In this document: one piece after another, positions 63,415-64,000 of the stretch | Layout of the letters: each line of letters begins with the position of its first letter | Numbering within the stretch: position 1 is the first letter of the stretch | Notes under the pieces: model-generated | Databases searched by the model: none | What the model was told of the DNA's origin: nothing | What the model saw: the letters and a program-made list of their open reading frames with translations, nothing else | Position numbers and translations under genes: made by a program | NCBI GenBank assembly: GCA_051313645.2 | Contig: JBNRSN020000016.1 | Span: 47,988,001-48,052,000, forward strand | Source: Centroscyllium fabricii | Lineage: Eukaryota | Reading direction: 5' to 3' | DNA length: 64,000 bases

Positions 63415-64000
63415 TGAGTTTTTCCAGCGTTTTCAGTTGTTATTTCAGATTTCCAGCATCCGCAGCATTTTGCTATTGTAAAAATAATAAGTGGATTGCA
63501 GTCTATATACGAAACATTTTATAATTAACTTTCATATATATGTAGTTGTTATTTTCTTACAATGTCACCAACTAGAGGAGCTAAGTGGTCTGACTAATTT
63601 CTTTTGAAGTTCCAGACTAATTTTCTGATTGCAACAGTCCAAGATAATTAAATACTCCCAAACTTGTTGTTGGGTCGTCATGGATTTGAATAACTATCTG
63701 CTAAGTTCAAAAGGAGCTACAGTCATATGCATAACTGAACAAATCAGACTGTTGTTTGTGTTTGAATTGAATGGCTTGGCTCAGCCCTTGTTATCTGCTC
63801 AGAAACCAAACCAACCCAGCCGCTAGTACTGAGATTGTACTGAGTTAGGCTGGGGACGTGATTCTGAATGCAGCTAGTTTTTAACTTCTGGTGTACTGTG
63901 ACTGGTTTAAAAGAATCACTACCAAGTTAAACCTAGATAAAAATGCTTAACTGTTGTCTCAGTCCAATCATCTAACATCTGTCATCGCAGGGCCAGGACT

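Larger units (their letters stand above)
63117..63476 (+). mobile_element. Older Penelope-like terminal repeat split by the insertion at 63194
   Basis: gaaaggtcttcgacctgaaacg (stem II plus GAAA remnant), ttaactctgtttctctctccac..ctgctgagtttttcca resuming at 63415. Confidence 0.55.

Overview
Eukaryotic, repeat-rich, apparently intronic or intergenic DNA, most likely from a cartilaginous fish. The taxon is inferred from many HE1-type V-SINEs, SacSINE1-like Deu-SINEs and CR1/HER1-type LINEs. I could not support any host protein-coding exon. Every recognisable protein fragment is transposon-derived: CR1 RT, Rex1/Babar APE-RT, a CR1/L2-group RT C-terminus and a Harbinger Myb/SANT domain. The window holds nested LINEs, SINEs and MITEs (pogo/Tigger-like with TA TSD, hAT with 8-bp TSD, PIF/Harbinger with 3-bp TSD) and several minisatellites. 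Most notable: (1) three copies of a ~300-bp SINE that keeps only the internal promoter half of 5S rRNA behind a non-5S head and ends in a tail matching the Rex1 LINE 3' end found in this window; (2) short Penelope-like insertions with 12-bp TSDs, inverted ends and minimal hammerhead-ribozyme cores; (3) a V-SINE tail swap between two CR1 partners; (4) a 241-bp near-perfect palindrome with a 1-nt centre. Family names come from recalled consensus features, not database searches.
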